This document shows positions 58,166 through 64,000 of a stretch of DNA of 64,000 nt, in pieces. A program made the position numbers and the translations under genes. The notes beneath the pieces are model-generated. The model was not told the origin of the DNA. It ran no database searches and saw only the letters and a program-made list of their open reading frames with translations. Source of the DNA: an uncultured Gemmatimonadales bacterium (GTDB taxonomy: Bacteria > Gemmatimonadota > Gemmatimonadetes > Gemmatimonadales > GWC2-71-9); contig CAWJMT010000036.1 of the NCBI GenBank assembly GCA_963844035.1, forward strand, positions 64,001 through 128,000. Reading direction: 5' to 3'. Numbering within the stretch: the first letter of the stretch is position 1; each line of letters begins with the position of its first letter.

Positions 58166-59317
58166 CTACCTCCCTCCGGCGCCGGTGAGCACGATCACCG
58201 TATCATGTGCCGTCACACCGCTCACGACCTCGATATAGTCCTGGTCGGTAAGCCCCGTCGTGATGGGCACGGGAACGATCTGGCCGGTCCGTGACGCGAA
58301 CACGACGTAGCGTCCGCCGGTTGTGATTGAGTCCGTCGCGGACGGGGTGGCCACCTGGCGCTGCACGGCGAGCGAGTCGAGTCCGAGAACGCGCGCCGCG
58401 GAGGCGATGTCGCGCGGCGTCCGGAGCGCCGCGTTGGGCACCGCGAGCACGCCCTGGCGCTGCCCGATGTGAATCTGGACCTCGGTGTTCATCCCCGGCT
58501 TCAGCACGTGATCGGGGTTCACGATGTTCACCTGAACCGGGAACATCGTGACGTTCTGGGTGACCTGCGCCTGGGGCTCGATCTTCAAGACCCTGCCGTT
58601 GAACGTGCGGTTCGGGAACGCGTCCACGGTGATCGTCACCGTCATCCCAGGCTGGATCTTGCCGACATCCGTTTCGTCGACGAGCGCCGACACCTGCACC
58701 GTGTCGAGGTTCGCAATCTTGAGAATCACCGTGCCCCCGGCCACGTCGTTCGTGGGGCTGGAGATCACGGTGCCGAGCACCGCGGAGAGCTCGAGCACCA
58801 TACCGGTCACCGGCGAACCGACGCGCGTGTCGGCCATCGCGTCCTTGGCGGTCTGGAGGTTCGCCTGCGCGGTGACGACCGCCGATCGGGCCGTCGCGGC
58901 TCCCAGCTGGGAAGAGTCGTAGCCGGCGTGGGTGATCGACTGAGTCTGGAAGAGCGCCTCGCTGCGCTTGAGCTGCGCGGTGGCGTTGTCGAGCTGCGCC
59001 TTGGCGACGGCGAGGCTCGCCTGGGCCTGGGCGAGGTTGCTTTGCGGAATGCGCGGATCGATCCGGGCCAGCAGCTGACCCTTCGTGACCTCGTCGCCCG
59101 TCTGCACCGGCATCTCGAGGATTTCTCCCGACGCCTTGGATTTCACGCTCAACGTGAGAATCGGCTGGATGACGCCGGACGCGGTCGCCGTGACGACGAT
59201 ATCACGTGTTTCGACGGGGACCCGTTGATACAGGGGCGTGGTCTGCGCCTTGCGGCAGGCACCGGCGACCACGCTCGACGCCGCGACTGCGGCCAGGAGG
59301 CAACGTTGCGCAGTCAC
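58166..59317 (-). CDS. MacA-like efflux periplasmic adaptor (copy 1)
   Basis: VAGAC lipobox, VKSKASG, GDEV.KGQLL, VDETDVGK, LKPGMN. Confidence 0.9.
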   Translation of the reverse strand: MTAQRCLLAAVAASSVVAGACRKAQTTPLYQRVPVETRDIVVTATASGVIQPILTLSVKSKASGEILEMPVQTGDEVTKGQLLARIDPRIPQSNLAQAQASLAVAKAQLDNATAQLKRSEALFQTQSITHAGYDSSQLGAATARSAVVTAQANLQTAKDAMADTRVGSPVTGMVLELSAVLGTVISSPTNDVAGGTVILKIANLDTVQVSALVDETDVGKIQPGMTVTITVDAFPNRTFNGRVLKIEPQAQVTQNVTMFPVQVNIVNPDHVLKPGMNTEVQIHIGQRQGVLAVPNAALRTPRDIASAARVLGLDSLAVQRQVATPSATDSITTGGRYVVFASRTGQIVPVPITTGLTDQDYIEVVSGVTAHDTVIVLTGAGGR

Positions 59318-59318
59318 A

Positions 59319-60852
59319 TTACCTCGCCGGCGCGCCCGGTGCCGGTTGCTGTTTTAGGCCGGGGAGGCCGCCGCCGGTCACGTTCTGGAAGCGCTGGCGG
59401 AATTGCTGTTGCGCCTGCACCAGCGACGCGCTCGGCAGCACGAGCACGGAGTCCGTTTCGGTCAGTCCGCTTGTAACCTCGATAAAGTCCTGATCGCTGA
59501 GCCCCGTGCGGATTGATACGGGCATGATCTTGCCACCCCGAACCACGAACACGATGTAGCTGCTCGACACCGGGCCGCGTGATCGCCCGCCCGCACCGCG
59601 TCCACCGCCCGCGCCTCGTCCGCCACCCGCTCGCCCGCCGCCGGAGGGCCGCGCGCCCGTGGCCGCTCTGCCCCCGGCCGAGTCCTGTCCCCGGGCGGCA
59701 CGAACCTGAGCCAGCAAACTCCGCTCGGCATCGGTCAGCTCGCCGCCGCTCCTCGCCTTTTCGAACGCCGACCGCACCTGTTCAGGCGTCACGCCCGGGG
59801 GCAACGGCCCCATGCGTCCGCCGCGTTCCCCGGCAGAACGGCGCTCGGCGGTGTCCCCACCGGTCCGCGGCGGCGGGGGCGCGGCGGCGGCTGCGGCCAA
59901 CTGCTGCTCGACCGCCTGTGGGTCGAGCCCGAGCACGCTCGCCGCGGAGGCGACGTCCCGAGGCGTGCGGAGCGTGGCGTTGGGGATCGCGATCACATTC
60001 TGCACCTGTCCCATGTGAACCCGCACGCCGGTGTTCATCCCCGGCTTGAGCACGTGCCCCGGATTCGGGATGTTCACGCGCACGGGAAACATCGTGACGT
60101 TCTGGCTGATCTGCGCCTGCGGCTCGATCTTCAGGACGGTACCCTCGAACGTGCGGTTCGGGTATGCATCCACCGTGATCGTCACCGGCATTCCGGGCTG
60201 CACCTTCCCGATGTCCGTTTCCACCACGAGCGCCGAGTCCTGCACAGTATCGAGGCTCGCCATCTTGAGGATCACCGTGCCACCGCCGAGCGTTGGGCTC
60301 GAGATGACGGTGCCGCGCACCGCGTCGAGCTCGAGGATCGTGCCGGTAATCGGCGCGCGCACATGGGTGTCATCCATGGCCTCCTGGGCCGTGCGCAGCT
60401 GCGCCTTGGCGGTGACGACCGCCGACTGCGCCGTGATGTACGCCAGCCTCGCACGCTCATAGTCGGTTTCCGCGATGGATTCGCTCTTGTAGAGCGCCTC
60501 ACTCCGCTGGAACTGCGCAGTCGCGTTCGTGAGCTGGGCGTGCGCCTTGCTGAGGTTGGCCTGCGCCTCGGTCAGGTTGTCGCGCGGAATCCGGGGGTCG
60601 ATCCTGACGAGCAGCTGGCCCTTTTTCACTTCGTCGCCGGTCTGCACCGGCATCTCGATGATTTCGCCCCAGGCCTTCGATTTCACGCTGAACGTGAGGA
60701 TCGGCTTGATCACGCCCGTGGTGGTCGATGTGAGCACGACGTTGCGGCGTTCGACCGCGACTGTTTCGTAGAGCGGCGCGGACTGCGCTTTGGTACAGCC
60801 GGTGATGCCGACGAGCGAACGCCGCGGACGTGGCGAGGAGCAGGTGCTTCAG
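59319..60852 (-). CDS. MacA-like efflux periplasmic adaptor (copy 2) with Gly/Arg-rich insert; 5' frameshift near 60815, start uncertain
   Basis: Same motifs as copy 1; ITGC lipobox upstream of the ORF-track start. Confidence 0.85.
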
Positions 60853-61592
60853 GGGGAGCCCTTGGTCTTCTGGTCGCGCTCGACGAGCCCGTCCCGCAGC
60901 AGGATCTGGCGGTACGCATGGGCGGCGATGTCGGGCTCGTGGGTGACCACGATGATCGTCTGTCCCGCATCGTGCAGCTCCTTGAAGAGCCGCATGATGT
61001 CTTCGCCGGTGGCCGAATCGAGGTTACCGGTCGGCTCGTCGGCGAGCAGGATGGACGGCTCGTTCACGAGCGCCCGGGCAATTGCCACGCGCTGGCGTTG
61101 ACCCCCCGACAGTTCGTTGGGCCGGTGCTCCATGCGATCGCTCAGGCCCACATGCTGGAGCGCTCCGGCGGCGCGCTCGCGCCGCTCTTTGGCCGCGATC
61201 CCTGCGTAGATCAGGGGCAGCTCGACGTTGTGCAGGGCGTTGGCCCGGGGCAGCAGGTTGAACGTCTGGAAGACAAACCCGATCTCCTTGTTGCGGATGC
61301 GCGCGAGCTCGTCGTCCGAGAGGTCCGATACTTTCTGGCTGTTCAACCAGTACTCGCCGGCCGTGGGCGTATCGAGGCAGCCGATCAGGTTCATGAGCGT
61401 GGACTTGCCCGAGCCCGACGGACCCATGATCGCCACGAACTCGTTCTTGCGGATCTGGATGTCGACGCCGCGCAACGCGCGCACGACCTCGCCGCCGATG
61501 TCGTATTCGCGGGTGAGCTTGTGCGTGAGGATGACGACATCCGGGAGCGGCGTATCCCCGGTGCGGAACGCCGTCGATTGCGGGCTCGTCAC
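60849..61592 (-). CDS. ABC transporter ATP-binding protein (MacB/LolD type)
   Basis: [37 protein letters not shown]. Confidence 0.95.
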   Translation of the reverse strand: MTSPQSTAFRTGDTPLPDVVILTHKLTREYDIGGEVVRALRGVDIQIRKNEFVAIMGPSGSGKSTLMNLIGCLDTPTAGEYWLNSQKVSDLSDDELARIRNKEIGFVFQTFNLLPRANALHNVELPLIYAGIAAKERRERAAGALQHVGLSDRMEHRPNELSGGQRQRVAIARALVNEPSILLADEPTGNLDSATGEDIMRLFKELHDAGQTIIVVTHEPDIAAHAYRQILLRDGLVERDQKTKGSP

Positions 61593-62893
61593 AGCGGATG
61601 ACCGACCAGGGCCTCGAGCTGCGCCCGGGCGTTCTGGTAGTCGAAGCGGGCCTGCACCTGGGTCACCTGCGCCTCGGTCACATTCGCCTCGGCGGTGAGG
61701 AGGTCGAGCAGGGTGCCGGCGCCGAGCCGGTAGCGATCCTGCTGCACGCGGAGCGCCTCCCCGGCGGCGACGACGTTGGCGTCGGCGAAGCCGATCTGAG
61801 CAGCGGCCGTGAACAGTGCGGCGACCTGTTGGGTGAACAGGGCATTGAGCTGCCGGCGCAGGTCCGTGGCGTGGGCTTCGGCCACATCCCGCTGCACCGA
61901 CGCGGACACCTGACTGCCTTCACGGGAGAACCCGTTGAACAGCATCCAGCTTACCGAGAATCGCAATGCCCAGTTGTTGAGGTAGTTCGGGGAGCCCGAC
62001 CAAGGGGCTTCGAGACCCGAGTAACCATTGGAGTAAGATGCGGAGAACGTCGGCCAGTACTCCGCGCGCGCCACTCTCACCTGGGCCCGGGCCGCGCGAG
62101 CCTGCGCCTCCGCCTGCCGGATCTGGGGCGAGGAATCGAGCACCTGGGCGCGCAGCGTCGTGGTGTCGGGCAGGGGGGCGAGCGCCGAGTCCCGCACCGC
62201 GCGCACCGGTCCATCCACGCCGACCTGGCGGCCCAGGTTCGCCGTGGCGGTGGCCAGGTTTCCTTGGGCCTGGAGCAGGGTCAACTGGGCCGTGCCGAGG
62301 TCCACCGTCGCCGTCAGGGTGTCGGAGCGGAGGGTCGCGCCGACGGCGAACCGGTTGACCGATGTCTGCAGATTCTGTTTGGCGCGCTGCATCTGGGATT
62401 CGGCCACGCGCACGAGATCCTCGCTGGCGAGGGCCGTGAAGAAAACCTGCGCGGTCGCCGCGGTCACCTGATAGCGCTGGTTGACGAGCCCGGCTTCGGC
62501 GGCGTCGCGGGCGGCGTCGGCGGCGCTCCTGGTCCCGAGCCGCCGGAACCCGTCGAACAGGTCGAGGCTCAGCTGGAGCGTGCCAGCGTACGAGGTCTTG
62601 CTCAACGCGATGTTGGTCTCACCCGTCGAGGTGTTGTACCGCGAGGGGGAGGCGTAGTTGGAGGACCCGCCCACGGAAATCGTCGGCAAGAAGGCACCGG
62701 CGGCGGATCGCTGGTCCGCGCGGGCGTTGCGCTGATCCCCACGAGCCTGGATGATGGCGGGCTGCACCTCGAGCGCGCGCCGAATTGCGTCCGCCAGGGT
62801 CAACTCCACCTGCTGGGCCGCCGCGAGCGTGGGCAGCATCGCAAGGACCAGGGTGGCGCCGGTGAGGCGATGGCGTTCTTTAGGTGCCGCCAT
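61589..62893 (-). CDS. TolC family outer-membrane channel
   Basis: [34 protein letters not shown]. Confidence 0.9.
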   Translation of the reverse strand: MAAPKERHRLTGATLVLAMLPTLAAAQQVELTLADAIRRALEVQPAIIQARGDQRNARADQRSAAGAFLPTISVGGSSNYASPSRYNTSTGETNIALSKTSYAGTLQLSLDLFDGFRRLGTRSAADAARDAAEAGLVNQRYQVTAATAQVFFTALASEDLVRVAESQMQRAKQNLQTSVNRFAVGATLRSDTLTATVDLGTAQLTLLQAQGNLATATANLGRQVGVDGPVRAVRDSALAPLPDTTTLRAQVLDSSPQIRQAEAQARAARAQVRVARAEYWPTFSASYSNGYSGLEAPWSGSPNYLNNWALRFSVSWMLFNGFSREGSQVSASVQRDVAEAHATDLRRQLNALFTQQVAALFTAAAQIGFADANVVAAGEALRVQQDRYRLGAGTLLDLLTAEANVTEAQVTQVQARFDYQNARAQLEALVGHPL

Positions 62894-63390
62894 TGCGGAC
62901 CGAGTGGGCCGCACACCCGGACGCGTCGACCCGCGTCCCCCGGGGCGTATTCCTGGCACTTGTCGATCCAGTTCAGGAACCCGATCTTCGTCCCCGTCCC
63001 ACGATGCCTGACTGGCGCTGTCGGCGGCGTGACGCTGACGTGTCGTGCCACGCCATCAGCTCGCGGAAGCGCGACCCGCTGGGCCGGTGTCAGCTCTTCT
63101 TCGATCTCGACTTGCATGACTGCACGGAGGGAATCGATGCCGGGACGGGTCTGACGCCAGATGGAATCCATCTTCATGCGGCGGAGCTCGAGAATCGTCC
63201 GGATAGAGTCCTGCTGGTCCCCGGTGAGGCCGAGCTGGGTCGTCAGGTACGCGATGGTCGTGTTCGGATCACGGTCCTGCCGTGCGCGCCCGGCCGTCCA
63301 ACCCTTGAGCAACCAGCCGGCAGCTCCTCCCACGACGACTGCGCTCGTCAGGAACGCGGCGGCCAGCCAGTGTGATCGGCTGGGGAGCAT
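62890..63390 (-). CDS. Spy/CpxP-like (LTxxQ) membrane-anchored periplasmic protein with C-terminal TSP3-like motif (frameshifted, 3' end uncertain)
   Basis: LGLTGDQQ..I..IL...ELTPAQR; downstream DGDEDRV../WIDKC../TRVDASGC pieces in alternating frames. Confidence 0.6.
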
Positions 63391-63735
63391 CTACCGATGG
63401 CCCTCGGGCACGAGGAGGACGCTGGGGTGGGGCGGTGTGGCGGTCGCCACCAACGCGTGGGCTGAGGGACCAGCGACCGGCGCCACGAGGTCCAGGGGTG
63501 CTTGGTGCATCGCCCCGACCAGCAGCCCCGCGCCGAGCGCCGCCACACACGCGGCACCCGCGCTGCGTCGGGCCCAGTTGGCGAGGATGTCCCAATGGAC
63601 GGGATGTGGGGCTGCGACTGCAGCCATCACCCGTGCGACGAATGTCGAGTGATCCTCGGCGGACAACGCCTGACGGAGCGCGGTGCCGAGCACCGGATCC
63701 GGCCGATGATCGAACGGCATGGGCATCCCCTTCAT
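63391..63735 (-). CDS. Putative single-TM anti-sigma-like protein
   Basis: ATGA coupling to the sigma stop; FVARVMAA followed by a TM helix. Confidence 0.6.
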   Translation of the reverse strand: MKGMPMPFDHRPDPVLGTALRQALSAEDHSTFVARVMAAVAAPHPVHWDILANWARRSAGAACVAALGAGLLVGAMHQAPLDLVAPVAGPSAHALVATATPPHPSVLLVPEGHR

Positions 63736-64000
63736 TCCTGCTCCCTCCAATCCGCGAGTAAAACGCGCAGGGCACGCCGCGCGTGAAAGACTTCGGACCG
63801 AACCGTGCCTTCGGGTAGGCCAAGGATTTCTCCAATTTCCGCGTGCGTGTAGCCTTCTACGTCGAACAGGACGACGGCCATCCGCCGCCGTTCGGGCAAC
63901 TCAGCCAGAGCCTGCCGCAGCCGCCAGCCCAGCGCCCGCCGATCCGCGTCCGCATCGGGAAGGGTGCCGCCGGACCGCATGTGGTTCTCGAGCGGCTCCG
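63732..64000 (-). CDS. ECF sigma factor, region 4 (partial, start beyond window)
   Basis: ALAELPERRRMAVVLFDVEGYTHAEIGEILGLPEGTVRSEVFHARRALR. Confidence 0.9.
   Translation of the reverse strand, partial: EPLENHMRSGGTLPDADADRRALGWRLRQALAELPERRRMAVVLFDVEGYTHAEIGEILGLPEGTVRSEVFHARRALRVLLADWREQE

Overview
High-GC, gene-dense bacterial chromosomal window. Gene content and repeat style suggest Gemmatimonadota, but that is inference. There is no rRNA, tRNA, CRISPR array, IS or prophage. Main contents, left to right: a Fur-box-controlled iron-uptake-like operon (porin, imelysin, di-heme DHOR); argC-argB-argD-short argA with an ARG box; a sulfate uptake operon (OprO/P-type porin, sbp, cysT, cysW, cysA) divergent from a class-V aminotransferase and serA; an MCP/PstS-like/porin triad; leuS; two ECF sigma/anti-sigma loci; fabH-fabI; peptidases; a uppS-containing operon; a decapitated Ser/Thr kinase; and a TolC/ABC/2xMFP/MacB efflux operon. 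About a dozen genes are split by single-base indels, most likely uncorrected long-read errors. The best finding is absent from the ORF track. Upstream of the sulfate operon lies a sigma70 promoter and a 30-aa leader ORF (MIIALRCCPMCCCPRQPQGWTGAMVRALSM) with five TGT Cys codons. It is followed by mutually exclusive 1:2 / 2:3 / 3:4 RNA pairings ending in an intrinsic terminator. This looks like a complete cysteine-sensing, trp-style ribosome-mediated transcription attenuator. Other points are many leaderless-type promoters, short tandem/inverted repeat elements, a rearrangement scar joining two 5'-truncated genes, an ArfA-like small basic ORF and a cytochrome c/beta-barrel fusion.
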